Origin: a virus
Lineage: Duplodnaviria; Caudoviricetes
DNA length: 64,000 bases
Reading direction: 5' to 3' (one strand)
IMG/VR virus record: IMGVR_UViG_3300033074_000233
Location: 32,001-96,000 of that record
Below are positions 50,518 to 59,430 of this stretch, in pieces (the first letter of the stretch is position 1; the number at the start of each line of letters is the position of its first letter). The position numbers were made by a program, and so were the translations under genes. The notes beneath the pieces were generated by a model. It ran no database searches. It saw nothing but the letters and a program-made list of their open reading frames with translations, and was not told the DNA's origin.

Positions 50518-51398
50518 CCACGATATCGGATAAGACACTGGACGAAAACGTAGCGGCTGTAGATCGCGGTCTGCGCCGTGTTACCGCTTCCCTGATTATC
50601 GACCGCGATGATGCTGCCATGACCCGCGTACTCTCGATTAGGGAAACGCTGGCTACGCTGGTAGATCAGGTCAAGGCTGAACTGCCGCGCAATGCCGAGC
50701 GCAAGAATTTGCTGCTCGGTCTGTCCATCATGCACAACAACACGGCCTCAATTATCGACTTGGCAACGGAAAAAGAACTCACGACTGAGGCTGCCAACGA
50801 GTTTGTTGCCAAGAATCAAAAGCGCATTCTGAAAGTCAGTACGCTAATTTCATCACTACGAGAAGTAGCAGCCAAGAAGTCGCGGGCTTCCGAAGAAACC
50901 GAGATTGACAGTGATGGTCACACGCTTCACGAACTGGTTGTTATGCAGGATAACGCTATCCGCAAATACCAGCCTTACCGTGAGTTGCTGCCGAAGACCA
51001 ACCGTGAGGTGAACAAGCCGTTCATTATTCAGCGTGTGCCGATTCAGGCAAAGACCAAGCCGTTCATTTCGCCTGCTGACTTCCAGAGGGCTGGCTTCAA
51101 CTCCACACCGATTGATGAAGTCTACGCTGTGATCGAGAACCAGATGGTGCTTGGTCTCAACGTAAGGAAACTCCGCGAGGAGAAGAAAGACGTAAAGGAA
51201 TATCGTAAGGCAATCATCAAGATCATTTCCGCAAAACACCACACGAAGTTCATCGAACTGTCTGAAATGCGGCCCGGCCTGGGTAACACGGGCTTCGTCT
51301 ACTCCTGGATAATGGAGGAGAAGGAATACGACCGCATTCTCAAGGCCACGCATAAGCGTCTGAACATCGTCGAGTGGGGCTTTGCGTTTCGCGCATAA
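50514..51398 (+). CDS. Hypothetical protein
   Basis: ATGA overlap with topoisomerase stop; AAGGAG RBS. Confidence 0.7.
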   Translation: MTTISDKTLDENVAAVDRGLRRVTASLIIDRDDAAMTRVLSIRETLATLVDQVKAELPRNAERKNLLLGLSIMHNNTASIIDLATEKELTTEAANEFVAKNQKRILKVSTLISSLREVAAKKSRASEETEIDSDGHTLHELVVMQDNAIRKYQPYRELLPKTNREVNKPFIIQRVPIQAKTKPFISPADFQRAGFNSTPIDEVYAVIENQMVLGLNVRKLREEKKDVKEYRKAIIKIISAKHHTKFIELSEMRPGLGNTGFVYSWIMEEKEYDRILKATHKRLNIVEWGFAFRA

Positions 51399-51415
51399 CC
51401 ACATCGGAGAAAACC

Positions 51416-51949
51416 ATGTCCCTGACAACGATACCTAACAACCACGTTGCCGTTAAGCCTCTAGACTCTGAGGTACGGATGCTGATCGAGCCATACATTC
51501 GTCAGTGTCCTTTTAGGGCCGAACGTCCTGAAGACCTCCACTGTTCAGTCGCTTACGCTCAGTCCTCGATTCCAACCTCGATGATTGATCCTAACGCTGT
51601 GTACACGGGTGTCATCATTGGAGCCCAGATTTGGTTTGACCAGTACCTGGGCATCAAGGACATGGTCATCCTGCTTGATAGTAAAGACTTGGTAGACAGG
51701 CACAACAAACTTTTGAGTGATGCGGGCGTGGCCAGCGTTTACGACGACTACGTACCTCACATTACAATCGCCTACGACATACCAAACAGCAGTTCGCGGT
51801 ATCGTTGGTGGATCAACGACGTTATTGAGAGGTTCGCTACCCGTTACAAGGGTACGGTAATTCGATTCAGCGGGGAGTACATCGAGGACTCGGCCGGCAA
51901 CGTAGCCGTTCGTGGCCAAGAGTTACTCCCCGTAAAACCCGTGCTGTAA
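51416..51949 (+). CDS. 2H phosphoesterase, Acb1 / T4 57B-like (putative anti-CBASS nuclease)
   Basis: DLHCSVAY and YVPHITIAY (two HxS/T motifs); GGAG RBS. Confidence 0.75.
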   Translation: MSLTTIPNNHVAVKPLDSEVRMLIEPYIRQCPFRAERPEDLHCSVAYAQSSIPTSMIDPNAVYTGVIIGAQIWFDQYLGIKDMVILLDSKDLVDRHNKLLSDAGVASVYDDYVPHITIAYDIPNSSSRYRWWINDVIERFATRYKGTVIRFSGEYIEDSAGNVAVRGQELLPVKPVL

Positions 51950-52019
51950 CGCTGATTCTGTCGGTGTTGCGCCACCAAGTGTTGTAAAAGTGCTTGCAAA
52001 TCAGTGATTTACGACGCTA

Positions 52020-52049
52020 TTTACACGCTTGAGGGTCTTCTGCTATACT
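52020..52049 (+). promoter_or_regulatory. Sigma70-type promoter
   Basis: TTTACA-18 bp-TATACT with extended -10 TG. Confidence 0.55.
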
Positions 52050-52118
52050 GTCTGTGCTGAAAGCACGATATATCAGCGGTCGACTTCCCACTAAAACTTC
52101 CTACAAGGGAAACGAGAA

Positions 52119-52598
52119 ATGAAAGCCAAGAAAACCAAGGCAGACAAGGCTGAGAAGAAAGTCAAGAAGCCGAAGGCTCTGAAAGCGGTCAAGACCGTCA
52201 AAGAGAAGAAAGTCAAAAAGGTCAAGGCTGACAAACCGGCCAAGACCACCAAAGTCAAGAAGGCCAAGAAGGAAACCAAACTGAAAGAGACCAGCGTAGG
52301 CGGTATGCGCGCTGTTGTCATCAGCGGTTCCAAGAAAGCCCCGAAGGCGGACAAGTCTGACGACAAGGCTGCCAAGAAAGCCGCAAAGGCTGAGAAGGCC
52401 GCCGCGAAAGAAGCCAAAGCAGCGAAGAAAGCCGCTAAGGCCGAGAAGAAGGCCGCTAAAGCAGCCAAAGCCGAAAAGAAAGCAGCCAAAGCCGCTAAGG
52501 GCGAAAAAGCTGCCAAGAAATCGGCCAAGCCTGCCAAAGCCGCCAAGCCGGCCAAGAAAGTGAAGAAGGCCAAAAAAGCCAAGAAGTCCAAGGAGTAA
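52119..52598 (+). CDS. Histone-H1-like Lys/Ala-rich DNA-binding protein
   Basis: Almost entirely KAAK/AKPAK repeats. Confidence 0.8.
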   Translation: MKAKKTKADKAEKKVKKPKALKAVKTVKEKKVKKVKADKPAKTTKVKKAKKETKLKETSVGGMRAVVISGSKKAPKADKSDDKAAKKAAKAEKAAAKEAKAAKKAAKAEKKAAKAAKAEKKAAKAAKGEKAAKKSAKPAKAAKPAKKVKKAKKAKKSKE

Positions 52599-52603
52599 CA
52601 GCC

Positions 52604-53038
52604 ATGGTCAAGGCCATTATGTCCTCTATTGTCCTTGACCGCTGTTGGCTATGTGATGCTCCTAAGTCTGATACAAAGACCGAGGAGCATCACCTGGTTC
52701 CTCGTTGCTACGGAGGTCAAAACGGACCCACTGTTACTCTTTGCAGCAGTTGCCATACGCGGGTACACGAAGCCGCTGATGGACTGTACAAAGGCAATCC
52801 CATCGTTCCTTACGCCTCGCAAGCCGAAAGAGAACGCTGCCTATATCTGGCTACGGTAATCGTCAATTCACGGATCGCTATAGAAAGGGCAAATGACCCA
52901 AACAAGCGTACGGTATTCACGATGTGGCTGGACGGGGATTCACACGACACGTTAGTTCGCTTAACCAAACACCTAAACATTAGTCAAAAGAAGGTCATCC
53001 TTTTCGCGCTTAAAGAACTCGCCAAGAAACATCTCTGA
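52604..53038 (+). CDS. HNH endonuclease-domain protein
   Basis: CWLC...EEHHLVP...GG......LCSSCH..VH; RHH-like C-terminus. Confidence 0.8.
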   Translation: MVKAIMSSIVLDRCWLCDAPKSDTKTEEHHLVPRCYGGQNGPTVTLCSSCHTRVHEAADGLYKGNPIVPYASQAERERCLYLATVIVNSRIAIERANDPNKRTVFTMWLDGDSHDTLVRLTKHLNISQKKVILFALKELAKKHL

Positions 53039-53081
53039 TCCAAGGTGAACGTCGTTCCAATAACTCTACAGGAACAAAACA

Positions 53082-53888
53082 ATGTTGAAGAAGACCTCAA
53101 CGGACAAGGTCAGCCTGGGAATGCGCTGCGGGGACTGTATCCACTTCCAACGTGGTCCCGCCAAGTTTGAGAAAACGTGCAACAAAATGGGGGTAGATGG
53201 TAAGTCCAAAGCCCCTGACTGCTTTTCACCTGATGTTTTTCGGCTCAACTCTGGAACCAGTCCTGAACTTCTAGGCCAGATTGGCCGGTTGATCAAAGAC
53301 TTGGCGCCAGCCCAAAGTCGTATCTTGTCCCACATCCTTGCCAAGAATGGAAACTCCATACACAAGCACGGCTTCAAGTTCGGCCAGCCGGTGTACTTCA
53401 CTCTCGGCGATGAGTTCCTGTCCCACTACTTCAAAGGCTACGTTATCGGTGCTTGCGACGACTACGTTTACGTTGCGTCCAAACTGAACAAGGCCAGAAG
53501 CAATACCTCTGTTACGTTTATGCCGCAGTCACTTCTTTCCTACAAGCAGTACAAGGAGAAGGAAAAGCGGTTGTTGAAGTCCAAGAAAATCTTTATGTCC
53601 GAGCGTGACAAAGCCCTTGTCAAGAAACTGCCCCTGGCAGAGCACATCGACAAGCATGGCTGCGTGAAACTCCCAGAACAGGTTGAATTGGAATACGAGC
53701 CGCCTACGCTCGATACGGCACCTGCTGCATGGTTCAATATCTACGAGAGCACGATGCAGACCAAACTCCGCAAGAAAAAGCCTAAGGGCAAGAAGGCGAA
53801 GTTGGGCGACATTAAGTTCAAGGGAGACGATACCTATACCAGCGTTGGAGGCCTTAAGTCCCGTGTAATCCGTGCGAAGAAGTCCTGA
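53082..53888 (+). CDS. Hypothetical basic protein with Cys cluster
   Basis: CGDC.H...C...APDCF. Confidence 0.7.
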   Translation: MLKKTSTDKVSLGMRCGDCIHFQRGPAKFEKTCNKMGVDGKSKAPDCFSPDVFRLNSGTSPELLGQIGRLIKDLAPAQSRILSHILAKNGNSIHKHGFKFGQPVYFTLGDEFLSHYFKGYVIGACDDYVYVASKLNKARSNTSVTFMPQSLLSYKQYKEKEKRLLKSKKIFMSERDKALVKKLPLAEHIDKHGCVKLPEQVELEYEPPTLDTAPAAWFNIYESTMQTKLRKKKPKGKKAKLGDIKFKGDDTYTSVGGLKSRVIRAKKS

Positions 53889-53897
53889 GGCTCGCGC

Positions 53898-54983
53898 ATG
53901 ATAACCGGAGACTTCGGTAACTCCATCGAACGGCACATAGCCAAGCACTACAAGAATTTTCGTAGACTTCCCAAGACGAAGCGCAGGATTCTTGTCGATG
54001 CTACAATACGTTATGCTTTTCGCACCATAAACGCAAAGGACTACGAGGCCACTTTTCGCGCAGTAACGGAACACAAGATCAGGCTCATCGAACTCCGACG
54101 GTCCCTTTTGTCGGATGGGTACGTGATGAAGAACCTCAAGATGTATCTGTACTACGCACACACCAACAGGCGCACGGACCTGAAAGATGTGGAGAAGGCT
54201 TTTCGAGTTAAACTGCGTGATCGCCACTTGTACAAGACCCTGCTTCCTGAAACTCGCCGTCAACTGGACGAGTTCAAGCGTAAGGGTTTCAAGGCAATGA
54301 CCTTGTATGGCTTTGATGAATCCTGTGTACTTGCGTTGAAGAAAGTGAAAAACTTTACCCGGAAGTTCGTCAACCGGAAGATGAAGTTCATCATGACCTC
54401 CGACTCACAAGAGACCCACGACATTGCGGCCCATCTGGAAATGAATGGCTTGCAGGCCCTGATGCTTTACTATCCGGCCTTCGAGACAATGGAACACCTC
54501 ATCAACATAATGAAGCGTACCATCCACAACACCGGCATCAACTACATCGAAAAGCACACGTCGGCTAAACGGGGTAAATTGAGTCGGGACTCGGCTGGTG
54601 TTTTTACTGCGAAGGTTGTTCCGCTTCACAGTGTTGCAGTAGAGAAGGAATTGTCCACGATAGAAAATGGTACGCTAATAGATGGAAGCCGAGAGGACAC
54701 CTTCTCATTGCGTATTACGGTAGAGAAACTGCTTGCGAAGTTTAGCGACAAACGACAGCAGTTCCTTCAACTGATGATGGGACATTACAGCGAGGAATTT
54801 AGCCGCTACCTTAGAGAGGCGGGTCTGTCCACCTTGGACAACGACCTCCTTTGGGAACGTGCTCAAGACCTTGAAGACTATATCCAACACACCCTGGACT
54901 TTCTTGGGGTCAGTTATTCTACAGGCGATAAGTTCGTTAGTCACCTGCGTAAGGTATTGGCTGATTTCCACGAGGTAGCATGA
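53898..54983 (+). CDS. Hypothetical protein, possibly a divergent sigma70-like factor
   Basis: Helical segments resembling region 2 (DIAAHL...GLQAL..Y; MKRTIHN..INYI) and 4.1 (VEKLLAKFSDKRQQFL). Confidence 0.4.
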   Translation: MITGDFGNSIERHIAKHYKNFRRLPKTKRRILVDATIRYAFRTINAKDYEATFRAVTEHKIRLIELRRSLLSDGYVMKNLKMYLYYAHTNRRTDLKDVEKAFRVKLRDRHLYKTLLPETRRQLDEFKRKGFKAMTLYGFDESCVLALKKVKNFTRKFVNRKMKFIMTSDSQETHDIAAHLEMNGLQALMLYYPAFETMEHLINIMKRTIHNTGINYIEKHTSAKRGKLSRDSAGVFTAKVVPLHSVAVEKELSTIENGTLIDGSREDTFSLRITVEKLLAKFSDKRQQFLQLMMGHYSEEFSRYLREAGLSTLDNDLLWERAQDLEDYIQHTLDFLGVSYSTGDKFVSHLRKVLADFHEVA

Positions 54984-54990
54984 GGTAGTT

Positions 54991-55233
54991 ATGGCTACAA
55001 AACTTTTCCTGTTTGCAGAGACACAAAAGCAAGCCTTAGACTATGCGAGGAAGAACAAGTTTGGTATGGGGACTTTCGATGTGCTTTCACGGGTCGATGG
55101 ACTCTTGGCATACGAGCCACCTATCAACGTGTTGCTTATTGGCAGGGTCGAGAAGAGGGCAGACTATGAAGACCTGCAGGCGATCTTACTGGAGGTGAAA
55201 GCCACAGTGAATCGCATATCAGTGTCAGTCTAG
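54991..55233 (+). CDS. Hypothetical protein
   Basis: GAGGT RBS. Confidence 0.65.
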   Translation: MATKLFLFAETQKQALDYARKNKFGMGTFDVLSRVDGLLAYEPPINVLLIGRVEKRADYEDLQAILLEVKATVNRISVSV

Positions 55234-55259
55234 AATCAAAAGTTTGCTGCGGAAATGAG

Positions 55260-55286
55260 AAAGGGGCCCTTGCAGGCCCCTTTTTT
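55260..55286 (+). terminator. Rho-independent terminator between convergent genes (possibly bidirectional)
   Basis: AAGGGGCC-CTTGCA-GGCCCCTT followed by T-run. Confidence 0.85.
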
Positions 55287-55303
55287 ATTGCTCAAAAAAC
55301 GTC

Positions 55304-55786
55304 TTAAAAGCCTTCTACTGCGTCCTTGTGCTCGTCACAAAAGTACGCGGTGTTACCCATTACACCGAGCAGAATCAACTTTGACATTGACGGCTTATTG
55401 TTGCAACCGTCAATAGCACAGACTTTTGGATTACTCATCCTAAGTCTAGTCTCTTCCAATACAGGCACATGGAACTGTGGCTTGTTGTCTTCACCCTCAG
55501 ATAGGGCAATACCAACGAATGCCTCAGGTTCGTCATCTTCCAAAGCCTCGGCCTGAATCTCAACTCGATCATCCTCCTTAAATTCAAGAGTATTGACTAC
55601 GACCTTATCTGTTACGTCAACCTTAACGCCGTCTCTTGTTACAACAATGGCGCCGAGTGGATCGTTTTTGGCTGTCTGAAAAAGGGTTACCAACTGCTGT
55701 AACTCATCGGGCGACGGCGTCCAATCAGGCGATCCTGCTTGAATGTGCAGAACCTTTCTGGTACCTACGTCTGCAAGTGTCTTCAT
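55304..55786 (-). CDS. Hypothetical protein with C-terminal Zn-finger-like motif
   Basis: CAIDGC...FCDEH; abuts upstream stop. Confidence 0.65.
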   Translation of the reverse strand: MKTLADVGTRKVLHIQAGSPDWTPSPDELQQLVTLFQTAKNDPLGAIVVTRDGVKVDVTDKVVVNTLEFKEDDRVEIQAEALEDDEPEAFVGIALSEGEDNKPQFHVPVLEETRLRMSNPKVCAIDGCNNKPSMSKLILLGVMGNTAYFCDEHKDAVEGF

Positions 55787-56470
55787 TTAGTTCGCGCTCC
55801 CAACCTTGCCAGTGATACGCTGGATGTTGCGGCTGCAGAAACTACGCAACTGGGTGAACTCCTTGGGAGAGTTACGCAGCACATAACGATAGTCCTCTTC
55901 GGTCAGTTCACCGAGAGTACGCAGCGTATTGATCGCAGCCATTTCTTCCTTGTCTTCTTCCAGCGAGGAAACTACCTGGAGAACGGCCGGAGTGATGCGA
56001 ACATCTTCCTCGTTCATATCACCGCTTGCAACCTCAGAACGACCCGCCTGATTGCGTTGCAGTGAGGCCAGAGCAGGATCGACCACGTTGTCCTGGTTGC
56101 CATCCATGATATTGTCCAGCGACTGGACCGTATTCATGTAGGCCTGCTGTACGTTGTACAGCCGGTCGTTTTCTTCCTTGGCACCCTCTTGTCCCATCAG
56201 GCGAGAGTATTCCTCTTCCGAGATAATCTCCACGCGGCGCGAGTTTACGCACTTGCGGAACTCACTCGATTCCAGCAACTGCTTACGGCTCACTTGCTCG
56301 GTCAGGTCAATCGGAATGAATGTGCCTGGAATAATCACGGCGTCAGAACCCATGCCGTTTGCTTTTGGCACTGGAAACACGATACGGCCTTTCTCGATGC
56401 CTACCGTTTTGTTCAGTACGAAAATGCCACCTTTGTCACTTTTCTCAAGATCACGAATGGTAAGAGCCAT
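55787..56470 (-). CDS. Conserved-looking phage hypothetical protein
   Basis: GAGGT RBS, biased codons. Confidence 0.7.
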   Translation of the reverse strand: MALTIRDLEKSDKGGIFVLNKTVGIEKGRIVFPVPKANGMGSDAVIIPGTFIPIDLTEQVSRKQLLESSEFRKCVNSRRVEIISEEEYSRLMGQEGAKEENDRLYNVQQAYMNTVQSLDNIMDGNQDNVVDPALASLQRNQAGRSEVASGDMNEEDVRITPAVLQVVSSLEEDKEEMAAINTLRTLGELTEEDYRYVLRNSPKEFTQLRSFCSRNIQRITGKVGSAN

Positions 56471-56473
56471 TGG

Positions 56474-57088
56474 TTAGTACCTCTTTGGCGTTTGATTTAT
56501 GACTACCGCTATGGGTTTTTTCTTGCGGTTGAACGACTTGTTGCGATTAGACACCTTCTTGAGTACAGCCTCCCTCAAACCTAAAATACTGGACAACTTG
56601 AATTTGCCTACTGCCTTGTTCTCTTTAACGAAGGCCTTGTAGTTCTTCTTACGGCAGAGTTCCACAAATAGTGTCAGACTCATGCCGAACAAATCATTCC
56701 ACGCGAAGCCTACGTCTCTTAGTGACTTAAGGAAGGGATCGGCTTCCACTTCCTCATGCAACTTCCTGCCCCTCTTCGCCTTTACGAACTCGACATAACG
56801 GTCGAGGATCAGTATCTTCTGTATGGCCGACTTTGATCTGCGTACTTCCAACGCGGCGGCCTCCAAACTCATACCTCGTCTAACTGCTACATCCGTGTCG
56901 TCTGCCTTATCGCTGTAGGAACAATTACCTGATGCCTTAGTACAATGCCACATACACATGGTGTTAGGGCATTCGTGCATCTTTATTTCCGAGAGCGGGC
57001 ACGTGACCGTTTTAATCCTTTCTTGGCTTTTACCTTTGGCTTTGTTATTCTCTTGCGCTTGGGTTTTTTGAGCGGGCTTAACGTGCAT
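56474..57088 (-). CDS. Hypothetical Cys-rich basic protein
   Basis: Start moved to MHVKPA (purine-rich RBS); CP...CP..CMWH...NC. Confidence 0.6.
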   Translation of the reverse strand: MHVKPAQKTQAQENNKAKGKSQERIKTVTCPLSEIKMHECPNTMCMWHCTKASGNCSYSDKADDTDVAVRRGMSLEAAALEVRRSKSAIQKILILDRYVEFVKAKRGRKLHEEVEADPFLKSLRDVGFAWNDLFGMSLTLFVELCRKKNYKAFVKENKAVGKFKLSSILGLREAVLKKVSNRNKSFNRKKKPIAVVINQTPKRY

Positions 57089-57609
57089 TCCTCGATCCTC
57101 TCCTTCAAGCGTCTTAGTTCTTTTGGTTTTGCAAAGCGATCCAGAATGTCCACATTCCAAATCTTCTCTGCGGTGTAGAACGCCATAAACGTCGCGTCCA
57201 CCTCGTGAGCCTCTACTCTTATCTCCTTGTAGAATTCCTTAAGGTCGAAAAACTTGTTTGCTCTATTCTTCCAAACCGCCGCAGGCATTATCTGAATTGG
57301 CTGCTTATATGTAACGTGCATGCCACCAAGCATCATGTTCACCGATTCTACAAGCGGTCCTTTTATTCCGCGAGTCATATAACGCTCGGCTACAACGTGC
57401 GTAATCTTGTGTCCTTTAGTGTGGCGCTTTAATTCCTTTAAATACAAACCCAGTTCCTTCTGCATTGCTTTATTCTTTATGTCTGCCGTGCTGACTAATT
57501 TACCTGTCTTGTGCAGACAGTATTTAATCTTGGTACCTTCCTTTTTTAATGACATTACGGCAAAACCGTAATTTTTGGTCCCAGGATCATTGGCCAGCAC
57601 AGTTATCAC
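56983..57609 (-). CDS. ruvC: RuvC-like Holliday junction resolvase
   Basis: VLANDPGTKNYG, VVAER, PAAVWK, HEVDA catalytic motifs. Confidence 0.8.
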   Translation of the reverse strand: MITVLANDPGTKNYGFAVMSLKKEGTKIKYCLHKTGKLVSTADIKNKAMQKELGLYLKELKRHTKGHKITHVVAERYMTRGIKGPLVESVNMMLGGMHVTYKQPIQIMPAAVWKNRANKFFDLKEFYKEIRVEAHEVDATFMAFYTAEKIWNVDILDRFAKPKELRRLKERIEECTLSPLKKPKRKRITKPKVKAKKGLKRSRARSRK

Positions 57610-57625
57610 TATTGACCTCGGCTCA

Positions 57626-57671
57626 CTAATTTAATTCATGCTCGATATAATGCGCTACAGAATTAAATTAG
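57626..57671. promoter_or_regulatory. Face-to-face pair of putative late promoters (12-bp inverted repeat)
   Basis: CTAATTTAATTC 57626-57637 and GAATTAAATTAG 57660-57671 between divergent genes. Confidence 0.6.
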
Positions 57672-57766
57672 AATCTGCGTATGCGGGTTTGCATTCATTC
57701 TTTTCCGATTTTTCCTTCGGTAAAGTCCTGGTTACAATGGCACTTTACAGAATTAGGAGGTAGGCC

Positions 57767-58972
57767 GTGCCGGTCAACTATTCATCCAACCGAACTCTAC
57801 ATGCCCGAAATACCAAATCGGTACCCGTGGCGCAGAAAAGACTTGATCAGGTTGCCGACCTAGCCCAGGAACAATACAATAATGCCTTGTCCGTAAATGG
57901 ATATGATGCGTTGGTGTATGGAAGATTAACTACAGGCCGTCGTTGCACTTGCAGCACTGTATTTAATCACAACACAGAACAAATCCTGGACGAAAAAGGA
58001 AATGCAACTGAGGAACATATTCAGTCTCTCCTCACTGGCAGTGATTTCTCCATTGAGGATTATGCCACAACTGGAAACACGTCCAGTCCGGGTTCCGTAA
58101 TTAAGGGCATGCGTGTAATTACTCCTACAGGTTCTGTGGAGAAGAAAGCACCTTACAAGCCTTCGATTTCGGAAGACGATCCGTTTGCTACCGACATGAA
58201 CTCTGTGCAGACCATTGATGACGCCTTTGCTGAGGTTAATCTTGGATCGGTCTCGGCCAACAAGTGCTCACTCTGCTACGGCAGTGGTTATGTTGGTGGA
58301 TACTCGCTGCATAATGGAAACCGTTTTGTTCTGGACTCCACGTACGCGGATAAAGTCTGCTACGGCTATGCAATCATGCAGGAGCAATACCCTAACCTGT
58401 TTGATATGGCCGATGCTTCTGGCGAGGTTCGTTTCACAGTAACCTTGCCTATTGGCATATTGTCTGTGGATCGGATACAGGTTTGGAATAACAATGTCCC
58501 GGTTAAGGGTGCTGTCGTAAGAATCGGTACCAGTCTCGCTAATTTGATTCCGCTAGATGATGCGACTTTACTGACCTACGCAACTGGTACTCCATGCTTG
58601 ATTGTGGTATCGGAAGCGGATAAGTTTTCGCATCTGGAATTGCAGTTCAATTTGTCCTCGATCCATACCTACATTGAATATCCGAGACTCACCAAAACAG
58701 GTGACCTCAGTGTTCTGGAGGCGATAGACGCGGTACAAATAATCGTGAGTCCTCTTGTCCTGAACGTGCAGCCTTGGGACATCGTTGTTGACAACGTGTT
58801 CAAGAAATCTTGGCGTGTTACCTCAAGCAATTGGTTTAACGATAGAAAAATGAACATACACGGATGGGATTGCCAAGCCCGCTTGGTTCAGCCTTACGAG
58901 GTGTTCGTAAATATGGCAGGCAGATTCAACAATGGTACGCAGTATGTATCAACTAGATTGCCGCGCTTTTAA
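57767..58972 (+). CDS. Probable virion structural (head closure/neck-like) protein
   Basis: AGGAGG RBS with GTG start; RRCTC and CSLCYGSGYVGGY motifs; late motif upstream. Confidence 0.5.
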   Translation: MPVNYSSNRTLHARNTKSVPVAQKRLDQVADLAQEQYNNALSVNGYDALVYGRLTTGRRCTCSTVFNHNTEQILDEKGNATEEHIQSLLTGSDFSIEDYATTGNTSSPGSVIKGMRVITPTGSVEKKAPYKPSISEDDPFATDMNSVQTIDDAFAEVNLGSVSANKCSLCYGSGYVGGYSLHNGNRFVLDSTYADKVCYGYAIMQEQYPNLFDMADASGEVRFTVTLPIGILSVDRIQVWNNNVPVKGAVVRIGTSLANLIPLDDATLLTYATGTPCLIVVSEADKFSHLELQFNLSSIHTYIEYPRLTKTGDLSVLEAIDAVQIIVSPLVLNVQPWDIVVDNVFKKSWRVTSSNWFNDRKMNIHGWDCQARLVQPYEVFVNMAGRFNNGTQYVSTRLPRF

Positions 58973-58995
58973 ATAAAATAAACTCGGAGAAAACC

Positions 58996-59430
58996 ATGGC
59001 TGATGATATTCCGAGTGGTGAGATAGGGACGTTGGTGGACCACTTGTTTACGGGCGGAGCGTCCGATGCAGTAATAGCGATCCTCATGCTTGTTGTTGTG
59101 GCTCTTGGATTTTCAATAGTGCAACTGTACAAACGGTTGCTAGAAGCCGAGAAGGAAAGAGTTGCACAGAATGTGCAGCATCAGGATGACCTGAGGTCTC
59201 TGAATAAGGAATACCAGCAAGTAGTAAAAGACATTACCACTGAGTACAAGGATACGCTCAAACAACTGAACGCAGACAACCAAGCATTTGTAAAAGGCGT
59301 TATAAACGAGAACAATGAAAGTGCCGATGAGATTGCCCGGGCACTACAGTCAGTTCAAGTTACGATTGCCGAAATGAAAGCGGTTGTTTCTTTCACCAGC
59401 GCTCGAGGACAGAAACATGGCACGCCTTAA
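58996..59430 (+). CDS. Single-TM coiled-coil protein (holin/antiholin-like architecture)
   Basis: AVIAILMLVVVALGFSIV TM followed by heptad coil. Confidence 0.55.
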   Translation: MADDIPSGEIGTLVDHLFTGGASDAVIAILMLVVVALGFSIVQLYKRLLEAEKERVAQNVQHQDDLRSLNKEYQQVVKDITTEYKDTLKQLNADNQAFVKGVINENNESADEIARALQSVQVTIAEMKAVVSFTSARGQKHGTP

